A stretch of 64,000 nucleotides of DNA from Octopus sinensis (taxonomy: Eukaryota). Below, one piece after another: positions 53,666 to 64,000 of this stretch (within the stretch, counting starts at the first letter, position 1; each line of letters opens with the position of its first letter). The stretch covers positions 54,002,001 to 54,066,000 of the forward strand of contig NC_043008.1 in the NCBI RefSeq assembly GCF_006345805.1, given 5' to 3'. A model generated the notes under the pieces. That model ran no database searches. It saw only the letters and a program-made list of their open reading frames with translations, and was not told where the DNA came from. The translations under genes were made by a program, and so were the position numbers.

Positions 53666-53800
53666 CGCTTATCTTTTACGTGTTTCAGACATTCTGTTGC
53701 GGCCATTCTGATATACTACCATTCTGATATACTAAGACAGAGGCAGATGAGGGAACAACAGACAAGATGGGTTAATTTGAGCTCAGGAAAAATGAAGAAG

Positions 53801-53837
53801 TCTCTGACGTTTCGATCCTATGCTCTTCGACAGAAAA
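53801..53837 (-). ncRNA. Minimal hammerhead-like motif with an atypical core (CUGUCGA)
   Basis: Reverse strand TTTT-CTGTCGA-A-GAGC-ATAG-GATC-GAAAC-GTC-AGAGA. It has a GUC triplet, a loop-less helix III and one stem II mismatch. Confidence 0.5.
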
Positions 53838-53887
53838 TTGTTACTAAATCAAACAAGACTAGCAAAAGAAGACATGAAGTTGAAAAT

Positions 53888-53963
53888 GCATATGGCGTAG
53901 TGGTTAAGAGCGCGGGCTACTAACCCTAAGATTCCGAGTTCGATTCCAGGCAGAGACCTGAAT

Positions 53964-54035
<72 letters not shown>

Positions 54036-54300
54036 AAGAAGAAGAAGAGAAGAAGAAGAAGAAGAGAAGAAGAAGAAGAAGAAGAAGAAGAAGAAGAAGA
54101 GAAGAAGAAGAAGACGAAGAAAGAAGAGAAGAAGAAGAAGAAGAAGAAGAAACAACATCAAAAAATACCTTAGGAATGAAAACCCAGGTTCGAAATTTCC
54201 CCAAGACACCTGATGAAGGCTGGAGAGTATATCGGCCGAAACTTTGTGTTAACAACAAACAAGACAAGGACAAATACCCGTCAATTGTAAATAATGTAAA
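53888..54300 (+). mobile_element. tRNA-headed non-autonomous element: Pol III head + (AAT)n(GAA)n + hammerhead-bearing 3' module
   Basis: A box TGGCGTAGTGG (53893-53903), B box GAGTTCGATTCC (53936-53947), microsatellite at about 53966-54152, hammerhead motif at 54205-54250. Confidence 0.75.
54205..54250 (+). ncRNA. Minimal type-I hammerhead ribozyme motif
   Basis: Stem I GACAC/GTGTT, core CTGATGA, extra A, stem II GGCTGG/TCGGCC with an 8-nt loop, then GAAAC-TTT (G16.2 absent in this copy). Confidence 0.7.
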
Positions 54301-54889
54301 TTCTACTTAGTTTTAATAATATTTTCTGTCCATTTTCAACTTCATTCCTAACGTGAGTGTGTGTGTGTGTACGTGTGTGTGCGTGCGCAACGAAATCAGA
54401 CGAAATATCTTAAATTATATTGTTCTAAAGATAATGTTGAAGACATTTGTAGTATAGTCATAGAGTGAAAGTAATTTTGTCGAGAAATAGAGAGGACCAA
54501 TGATAGTAGTCTCACGTAGTCCGAGAAAGACGGTTCTGCAATTTCTTGCTGAACCTGCAAGCCGGCATGCACACACACGCACACAACAAGGTCTGAAGCA
54601 GACAAACGCGGTCTCCGTAACGGACTAAGTCGAAAGTCATTGAAAAGTTTGCAAGTAACAACGAAAGAGGTTTGACAAAAACAAGACAAATGACTTGCTG
54701 TTTAACCAAATTAAACAAACAATTGATTAGTTAGTTGGATATTTAACCAATTGACTAATATTAAAAGAGTTTATTTCAACACACGAATTAACATAATGAA
54801 TCTTGCAAACCAGATACAAAAACGACTCTGCACAAACTATCTATTATCTGGTTTATTATCTAACATGTAATGTGCCATACATTAGCTCT

Positions 54890-55080
54890 CTTCCTCCGTC
54901 AAATCGACGTTGCTTGAACCGGTGAACGGCTTGCCACACGTCAGATATCGCAGTGATCGTAAAAACAACATGAGATGAAGTGTTTTGCTCAAGAACACAG
55001 TGCACCACCCTGTCCAGGAATTGAACCCACGATCTTGCAATCGTTAGTGCGACTCCTTAATCACTAAGTCATTCACCTTT
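54890..55080 (-). mobile_element. S4-type SINE
   Basis: GAGATGAAGTGTTTTGCTCAAGAACACA..GGAATTGAACCCACGATC is the reverse complement of the core and B box. Confidence 0.7.
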
Positions 55081-55484
55081 ACATGATGACCAATACCGTA
55101 TGTTATATGCCATGAAGGATATGAATTTAACATTTAACATTGCATCAAATTCACCAAACGAAACCCCTATGCTGCTAAGAAATTAAAGATTCATGAAATC
55201 CTGTTTAAACGGAGTTAAATACTGAAAATTGGGCATTACTGTGCTGCCTCAAAACATTGTAGAACGAAATGTTCCTCCTGCAATCACAAAACACTGGAAA
55301 ATTCAAGGATTAAATTCACAATTTGTGGCTGTATTATGTAAGTTTTGCCAAGATATCTCAATATTCACAATGTTGAGTCAGCATTTAAAAAAGTCCGCTT
55401 ATATCTGTCATTCAAACATTCACGATTTCAAGGGTATCGACTTTGTTGTAGTGTTATATAATCATCATGACTACAGAACCATTA

Positions 55485-55499
55485 GTAGTAGTAGTAGTC

Positions 55500-55566
<67 letters not shown>

Positions 55567-55585
55567 CGGCAGCAGCAGCAGTAAC

Positions 55586-55619
<34 letters not shown>

Positions 55620-55760
55620 AGAAGAAGAAGAAGAAGAAGGAGAAGAAGAAGAAGAAGAAGAGGAGGAGGGGGAGGGGGGGAGGAGGAGGGAGGAGGAGGA
55701 GGGGGAGGAGGAGGAGGAGGAGGACAAGAAGAAGAAGAGGTGGACGTGAGAGAGAGAGAG
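55485..55760. repeat. Compound (GTA)n(GCA)n(GAA)n(GGA)n microsatellite
   Basis: Directly visible. Confidence 0.97.
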
Positions 55761-56349
55761 GGGAGAAACAGAGCAGCAGAAAGGGAGATCATAACTGAAT
55801 GTTGAACAAGCGTTTGTAAAAATGTCGGTGATTGAAGACTTGCCAATCACTTTGGCGGACGTAACACTCTGGCTATTATCTGACATGTAAGATCGTGTGA
55901 TTTATACCATAGATCTAAAATTTCATGCGCATAATAACTATGTAGATATTAAAGATAGTGGAGTGACAGAATCGTTAGAGCGTCGAACAAACCGCTTTGT
56001 GCGTATTTAGTTACAGTTCTTTGCATTCAGAGTTCATGCACCATTGAGGTCCGCTTATATCATTGTGGTTATGCAAATCGGTCTAACTTATTTAGGAAAG
56101 TCATGATATATATCGACATAAATATCTGTTGACCATAAATCTCTCTTTCCCCAGTAATACAAAGTAGGGTGCCCAGTCACAGATAAAGGTCGTAGTCAGC
56201 CCACCCCTACTTTTTCTCTGTCCACAGAGAGACCAAAAGTTATTTGTTTACATTTGTCCACAGTTATTAGATAATACATCAGAGCGAGGCTTGAAATTTG
56301 CAAAGTTTTTCATCCGACATTCCTTTCTATATATTTCGCTTTGTGCAAC

Positions 56350-56516
56350 AAACTTTGTTTAGTGACTCATTAAGTGTGTATATATATGTGTGTGTGTGTG
56401 TACGTGCGCGCGTGTGTGTGTATGTGCATTCTCATGTATGTATGTATTTACATAGTTCTCCTTCCTGTCCCTCACTATACATACATACAAGCATATATAT
56501 ATACATATACATATAC

Positions 56517-56554
<38 letters not shown>

Positions 56555-56655
56555 TATACATATATATATATACACATATATTATGTATTATATATATATA
56601 TATATGTATATATACACATATATATGTATATATATATATATATGTTATAATATAT

Positions 56656-56700
<45 letters not shown>

Positions 56701-56730
56701 ATATGTATATATATATATATATATATAATA

Positions 56731-56763
<33 letters not shown>

Positions 56764-56830
56764 CATACACATATATATATAATAATATATATATATATAT
56801 ATATGTGTGTGTGTATATATGTATAATATA
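56350..56830. repeat. (TG)/(TA) microsatellite field
   Basis: Directly visible. Confidence 0.95.
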
Positions 56831-57032
56831 TATTAACCTGTAAGTAGCAACTATTTTATTGTCAATAATTTTTCTTTCTTTCATTTGATTGAGTAAGTAT
56901 CATGATGTCGGTTTTTCAATCACCAATATTACTTAATCAATTCAGCCATTGGAACGAGAACCAATACAATACTGTCCTTCAGGCATCGTTTCATGATAAT
57001 CGATATTCTTTCCTGTTTTACTTTTGATTCAG

Positions 57033-57080
57033 CAATATATTTCGATCAGTCTCCTAGAGAATATTTCAATCGGTTAAAAG
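57033..57080 (+). CDS. Candidate 48-nt phase-1/1 internal exon (xIYFDQSPREYFNRLKx)
   Basis: Acceptor TCTTTCCTGTTTTACTTTTGATTCAG, donor AAG|GTAATT. Only one frame is open. Confidence 0.2.
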
Positions 57081-57234
57081 GTAATTAATATTTATACGCT
57101 TCGAATAGCACACTAGTAACGTTAGCTTCTCTGCCGTTTCCAAAACATTTAAATATATGAATAAAAATTATATATTTTATATTTCATTGAGGTAAACAGA
57201 CATATTTAGACGTGTGTGAGTATATTTTTTTCCT

Positions 57235-57715
57235 TTGGTGTATCTCTAGAAGTTGTGTTCTACTTCTGTTGATCTCATCAAAATGGCGGCTCTAATTCTA
57301 ATTGAAAGAAGTCTTCTTACACACTTCCTTTCATGTCCATCAATCCTAGTGATCCCTTTCCGTTTGAACCTTTAGTTTTTTCCCTAACATAATACTCTTT
57401 TCTACTCCACATGACCTCATTACCTAACGAGAAATTTTTCATCTTTCTTTGACAATCAGTGGCTTAGTTTGATTCACTATTGATCTTCTTTCTGTCCGCG
57501 ATATTCTCAATAATCTTTTCCAGCACCATATTTCAAATTCATCAATTTCTCTTCTTTCTTGTTTGTTAATCGCCTAGCTTTCGCATCCGCGCATCATTAT
57601 TGGATATACCATTGATTTTTAACAATTTCGTCTTTGTTCTTTTTGATACTCCTTTATATTTCATGATGTTCTGTAGTCCCATTATGATACCCTTTCCATG
57701 AGCTGTCCCTATGTA
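57235..57715 (-). mobile_element. Degenerate 3' fragment of an RTE-clade (BovB-like) LINE
   Basis: Reverse-strand translation across a frameshift: GLQNIMKYKGVSKRTKTKLLK/SMVYPIMMRGCES*AINKQERREIDEFEIWCWKRLLRISRTERRS. This matches the RTE C-terminal YGCESW...IDAFELWCWRRLLRI motif. Confidence 0.85.
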
Positions 57716-58577
57716 ATTTTATCTGAGCATATTTCATTTCTTTCAGCTTTCAATCCCACAATCCATAAAGAAACGAAATTCATACACTATTTTCACTATC
57801 TTCCCTCTAATCTTAAATTACCTTTAATTTGAAATTGCCATAACAGCTTGATAACAGCAGGAAGAAAAAACTATCCAACAAGAAACGTGAGAATGTGACA
57901 CTTGACTTGAAATAAATGTTGGTTGTCGACTCGCTATTTCGTGTAACCATCATTTGCTCTAAAATTACAGAGGTAATTCATCCCTTTCATAGAGTCGTAC
58001 GTCGATGAAATCATACAACAGTTTAACAATAACGAGGCCACCTCTAAGACACTGTTGGCTCGTCAACAAGCGGCGCAGTTGCGTAATTTTTGAAGAATCG
58101 GGACTGCTCCGACCTATTCTACACTTTCTCTCTGCCGTGAAGAACGAAGGGAATGAGGAAGCAGTTGTAATGCTACAGAAATGAGTGAAACCGAAAACAC
58201 TGGATTGTGAGGTCTGAAACTAGAGATTTGACGTAGGCTCGAAACAGAAATAGCCCCGCGGTACAAAAAGAATCAACACATTTTATAATGAAAAGCGTTT
58301 GCGGGGCACGGGTAGAAACCTTGAAACTAACAAAGAACAAAGCTGACTAGAGGTCACAAACAAAGCAAATTCCAAACGAGAATATCCTTTTCCTATATTG
58401 CATTTTTTCGTACAAATTTAAAATATACACATCATTGGATGGATGGTTGTTGAATCATTTGAGTTTTTACAGGTTTAAATTTCCTCTTCCATAATGTTCA
58501 AAACTCAGCATCCTCACAAAGCAAGCATGTTAGTGTTAATTTAGTCACTCTCTCTGTCGCTTTCCTTCTGTCTTTAC

Positions 58578-58645
<68 letters not shown>

Positions 58646-58842
58646 CAAATATATACGTTTTTATTATTATTTTGCAATTTATTTAATCATCGGTATATTA
58701 TTGTTATTTTAATTTTAATATTTCTATTATATGTAATTTTCTAGATGGTGTAATTTATTGATAATTGTAATTGTAATTTAATTGATAATTGTTATTTTCT
58801 AGATGGTGTAATTTATTTGATAAAAGGTGTTTTTTTCTATTT

Positions 58843-58886
<44 letters not shown>

Positions 58887-59149
58887 GTCCTCACATTGCA
58901 CTCTCCTCGCGTTGACACCCAAACACTCTGAAATATTCATATTTTAGCTTCCGGCGCGAATGCCAGGCAATGCAGCATGTCGTTTCCAAATTTCTGGTAT
59001 AGTGAATTGCGGCATGGTGGTGTTTTTCTCAAAGACGGTGCCCAACTGACCTTACTATACTGTGTAGTCGATAAAATCAAAAACAACCAATGCGCATGCA
59101 CGGAATAAAAAATGTAATATTATGAAAATTTACCCATCGCTATATATAC

Positions 59150-59341
59150 ACGCACACACACACACACATATATATATATATGATATATATATATAATATA
59201 TATATATTATTATATATATATATTATATATATATATTATATACGTGCGTGTGTGTGTGTATGTGTATGTATATATATATGTATGTATGTATATGTATATA
59301 TGTATATGTATATATATATATATACATATACATATACATAC

Positions 59342-59390
<49 letters not shown>

Positions 59391-59396
59391 TATGTA

Positions 59397-59437
<41 letters not shown>

Positions 59438-59460
59438 GTGTGTGTGTGTGTGTGTGTATA
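59150..59460. repeat. (CA)/(TA)/(TG) microsatellite field
   Basis: Directly visible. Confidence 0.95.
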
Positions 59461-60254
59461 CATACTATCCCCACAGGCCTTCATGTGGATTGGAAATAAG
59501 AGCTAATGAGAAAATTATCACTTAATCCCTCGTTACCCTATAATTTACAACCAACTAAATCTCTCTTGAATTACACCCTCACTGCGAAAAATATAAAGAA
59601 AGGATACATTCGATGATATAATCGTAGACATCACAAAAATAACCGGATGGTCACAGCTAGTATACCTTGATCGTTGCTGTGCTTAGCCAGGGCTTATCTA
59701 GTGCCAAATAACAATAAGAACAACAAAAGGCAACAGACTTCATCACACTGAATCAGTATGCACATCGAGTCAAGATGCAAAGGAAGAAAGTTTTCAGTGA
59801 AAATAATGGAAGAATGCTGTAACATCTAATATAGTTCATAATGGAAGAGACGTACTTTTCTTAGTGACTGCCTCACTTTAACGAAATCCTGCTACCCTTA
59901 ACTAGAAAGCTTAATTAAGGAAAGTATATTAAGAAATAAACTCGTTCTGACTAAAGGCAAATTCGGATGGCGTATAGACGCGTTCGTTAAGAAAGCTTGA
60001 TTGGATAGCAACACGAAAAATAAAACAAAATTAAGTCAAGAGATGAATACAATTTAGAAGTGTTCTGTTTGGTATGGAAATTAGGGGAGTGTTGAAAGAA
60101 ATTTCTAGCATACGAATGTAATGTTCATATCGCATTTGCCATCAAGTGAGATGTTTTTACACGTTAATACAGTGTAAAACTTAATCATCTTCACGAGTAG
60201 AAACGGAGAAACTATGAAACAGAGGCACAGGTGTGCCGGTATAGTTGTGTTTAA

Positions 60255-60488
60255 GAAGGCGGCGAGCTGGCAGAAGCGTTAGCACGCCGGGCGAAATGAT
60301 TTTCAGTATTTCGTCTGCCGTTACATTGTGAGTTCAAATTCCGCCGAGGTCGACTTTGCCTTTCATCCTTTCGGGGTCGATAAATTAAGCACCAGTTACG
60401 CACTGGAGTCGATGTAATCGACTTAATAACTATGTCTGTCCTTGTTTGTCCCCTCTGTGTTTAGCCCCTTGTGGGTAATAAAGAAATA
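60255..60488 (+). mobile_element. Young full-length S1 SINE (A tail) with a perfect 17-bp TSD
   Basis: GGTATAGTTGTGTTTAA at 60238-60254 and 60489-60505. Confidence 0.95.
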
Positions 60489-62091
60489 GGTATAGTTGTG
60501 TTTAAAACGTTCCTTTGATAACCACGTGTTTCTTGGTTCTATCCCACCGTGCAGTACCTTAGATATGTATCTTTTACCCTAATTTTTGATGGGGCAATAC
60601 CTTTTAAATGCGATTTCTTGGACTGGACTATGCAGAAGACCCTCGTGGAAGTGTAGGCGCAGAAATGGTTGTGTAGTCAGTAGTTTGCTTCCCAAACATA
60701 TTTAGTTGCCTAAAGCTTCACAGAAGCAAACTGGACTTCGCTTTCTGTTCACCTGACAGCTTCCGGTATAGTCCACACACACACTCACACACACACAGAA
60801 ACACACACGCGCGTGCGCGCGCGCACAAAAGCACATGTGGTTTCCGTCCACCAATTTCATCCAGAAGGCATTAGATTGGTCGGCTCGGATCTATAGCAGA
60901 AGACTCTCACCAAAGGCTGAGGTGTAGTGGAATTGATCCCGAAAGCATGTAATTACCAAGTGACCTTATTAACTACAAAACTAGGCCTGCGCCTGTGGAA
61001 ATATTTTTGATAATAAATTGTATCGTTGCTACGCTTACTATGTATGAAGTTCGGTAACTAAAAAATATGACGAGGTAAATAACCTACAGACTGCAATTGC
61101 TTGCCACAATAACTCAGTGAATTAACGATTTACAGACATGTTAATTCTAAACGATTTAGAAAGCCAAATAGAAAAATAAAAGATTTAACGCTTGTCAAGG
61201 AGAAATCATTTGTTATTAGCCGAAATGAAGAAATTTTGAAAAAACATTTTTTTTTTCTTTCTTGTTAAAAAATTATTATGAATAACATACTGTGACGGAA
61301 TAAAAAGATACACGTTTCGTGATGAAGCTGAATGTGAACTTACTGAAAAAGCGAAATAACTAGATCGAGCCAATCTACTTTCTATATCACTCAGTAATTC
61401 TATCTCGAGTCCAAGGATTCATAGAACCGGTTGCCTGGTTGTTATGACGTATAAGTGACCGAGACTAGAATTCCTTCTGATAATAAAACTAGGATGTTAC
61501 AGGGTTAATTATGTACAGCTGAGTTAACTGGAGCAACGTGAAATGAAGTATTTTGCTTAAGATCACAACATGATCCGGAAATCGAAACTACGATACTGCG
61601 GCAAGTAAACGCAACGCCCTCACCACTATGCCACACATTCTGTATTCTGCATTACTAATGTTTGATTTTAAAGTATGCAATAAAATCCTTTAAAAGTGGA
61701 TCTGCTTTTAAAGGATTATCATCAACTATTTAAATCGATCAGTCATTTAGTACTGTTCTTTTGAACCGAATTAAAAATTAGATTACAGAACACGTGTATG
61801 CTGTATGTTGCCGTTTTAATACCCGAAACTTTTGATGTAAATTGTTTCTCTCAAAACTCATCTGTTATGCACGCTGGTGAACCTGGATTTAATGATGTTT
61901 CTGATTATAGAAGTACTCAGGGTATTTGGCATTTAGCTTTAAAGAATCTCTGAGAGTTAGATTATTTTAGAAAAATTTATTGCTTAAAGGTTTGATAGCG
62001 CTGTTGTTATAGCAAACAAACTTAATGGCATTCATGTAAAATTTAGAGACTAACATAGTAAATTTTACTCAACTGTTATTTTAAAACTGGA

Positions 62092-62341
62092 ATCCCGTCG
62101 GTTACGACGACGATGGCTCCAGTTGAACCAATCAACAGAACTGCCTACTCGTGAAATTAACTTGCAAGTGGCTGAGCACTCCACAGACATGCGTACCCTT
62201 AACGCAGTTCTGGGGGAGATTCAGCGTGACACAGAATGTAACAAGACTGACCCTTTGAAATACAATACAGGTACAACTCTCTTTTGCCAGTTGAGTGGAC
62301 TGGAGCAACGTGAAATAAAGTGTCTTGCTCAAGGACACAAG
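62092..62341 (-). mobile_element. Head-less SINE combining the S4 core with the S2-type 3' tail
   Basis: CCGTCGGTTACGACGACG..ACTCCACAGAC..TCAGCGTGACACAG (S2 tail) contiguous with TGGAGCAACGTGAAATAAAGTGTCTTGCTCAAGGACACAA (S4 core). Confidence 0.8.
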
Positions 62342-62345
62342 GCGC

Positions 62346-63454
62346 GACTGGTTTTCGGGTGCGTCAAAAGCGGAAGAACTTCCCTGGGAGACGACGATGA
62401 GTAAACTGGAAGACCTGTCACGAGAATCACTCCTGGAAATGAGGAGAAAAATCATCAGTTTGTGCATGGGGATCACCGGACGACAATCAATGACATTGCT
62501 GATGCTGTTGGCCTGTCACCGTATGGATCCGTGCAGGCAATTCTAATATCTGAATTGAACATGCGACGTGTCTTTGCCAAGTTTGTCCCCCACCTGCTGA
62601 CCGCTGAGCAAGAAGAACATTGTGTCGAAGTCTGTCGAGATTTCCGTCAGCGTGTCGCTGATGACACATCTTTCATGTCGAGGATCATCACTGGTGACGA
62701 GAGTTGGGTCTACGGGTTCGATCCTGAGACGAAGCAACAGTCATCACAACGAGAAAGCCCTTCATCTCCACGATAGAGCCGCAGCTCAATCAAGGGCATA
62801 CTCATGTTTTTTTTTCAACATATGTGATGTTGTGCATCTAGTATTCGTTCCCCAGAGCCAGGCTGTTAATCAAGAGGTTTTACTGCGACATTTTGAAGCG
62901 TTCGGGGGAGAGCATTCGGCGAAGACGACCGGATCTGTGGAGCGCAAAAAATTGGATTCTTCACAACGACAATACACCCTGTCACCTAGCTTTCTCACTC
63001 GTGAGTTTCTTGCCAAAAATAACGTGGCATCGCTTCCGCAACCGCCCTATTTGCCCTTCATTGCTTTCTCATTTGTCCGACATTGAGCAATTTACTTGGA
63101 TATTGCAAACATCTGATCGATTAGATACATTCTTCCGTGCTTATGAAACACTTCATAATAGCAATGGGAGTCATTTATGTCTGCGGACTTTTATCTTTTT
63201 CCCAAGATGAAAATGCATCTGAAAGGTCGCCGTTTTAGCACTGTTGTCAGGATCAAGAGCGAATCGCAGAAGGTCCGCGATTCATTCACGGAAAATGACT
63301 TCCAGGCTGGATTCCAAAAGTAGCAAGAACGCCGGGACCGGTGTATTGCCGTGCAAGGGGTCTATTTCGAAGGAGGTGGAATCAAAACTTAGGTGCATAA
63401 GTTATTTTTTCATTAAACATAACTAGTCCGGGAACTGTTTCACACCACATCGTA
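62346..63454 (+). mobile_element. 5'-truncated, frameshifted mariner transposase remnant with 3' TIR
   Basis: KSGRTSL..RRVFAKFVPHLLT..SRIITGDESWVYGFDPETKQQSSQ..WILHNDNTPCH..PQPPY..ADFYLFPKMK..LKGRRF. Ends GTCCGGGAACTGTTTCACACCACATCGTA. Confidence 0.93.
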
Positions 63455-63805
63455 TTTACGCAATAAAACTTTCACCTATAAACGTTTCTAGCGTTAATAA
63501 CTAAAAGTTTTAATCCTTTTGTTACCGTATTTGATATGTACAGCTTTTGTTTCAATGAATTTTGAAAATAATAAAGAAATAGCGATCATTATTAAGTTGA
63601 TGCTCCGAAGGAATTTACAGAAAATAATTAATGAAAGCTTTAATTGAAATAGCTTTAAAACTGAAACTTTCCCTCATAGAACCAGGGGCAGTCTTAGTTG
63701 GATTGATACCAAAAAAGGACAAATTAAATGAAAATGTTTAAATACGAAAAGGAATTTGAGCCTCCGGTATACGCAGTTAAGATAGTATCTAATTAAAATA
63801 GCCAA

Positions 63806-63837
<32 letters not shown>

Positions 63838-64000
63838 TGTGTGTGTGTGTGCGTGTGTGTGTGTGTTTATCATACTTAATGTATAATCGACAGTGCGTAT
63901 ACATTGAATATGAAACATAGATGGCTATTTTAATGAAATACTGCCTCGATTGCATACACCGGATTTTTATTCAGCCAGGCAGAAATTAACAACGCTGATC

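Noticed and set aside
53888-53960. Functional tRNA gene (also the S1-S4 heads)
   Set aside because: A and B boxes are present, but the acceptor and anticodon stems are imperfect and each head continues into a repeat body, so they are SINE heads.

Overview
AT-rich eukaryotic (animal) DNA, almost entirely non-coding: dense microsatellites plus tRNA-headed SINEs. The repeat families and the AT/AC/GATA/AAT microsatellite load suggest an octopod cephalopod; this is inference, not a database result. No prokaryotic genes, CRISPR array, rRNA or bona fide tRNA gene is supported, and most ORF-track entries are microsatellite artefacts. Recognisable protein-coding sequence is all transposon-derived: a 5'-truncated R4/Dong-type non-LTR element (RT + zinc knuckle + restriction-like endonuclease) inside an (AAT)n array (5082-7663), two mariner remnants, an RTE fragment and a Penelope-like GIY-YIG remnant. 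A Helentron-type HINE and many SINE copies (at least four head/core types, some nested, some with TSDs) are also present. The most interesting signal is a set of Penelope-type minimal hammerhead-ribozyme motifs in non-autonomous repeats: one at the 3' end of a tRNA-headed Pol III element (53888-54300), one back-to-back on the opposite strand, one inside a 70-bp inverted repeat, and one next to the GIY-YIG remnant. A few possible host exons are listed at low confidence only.
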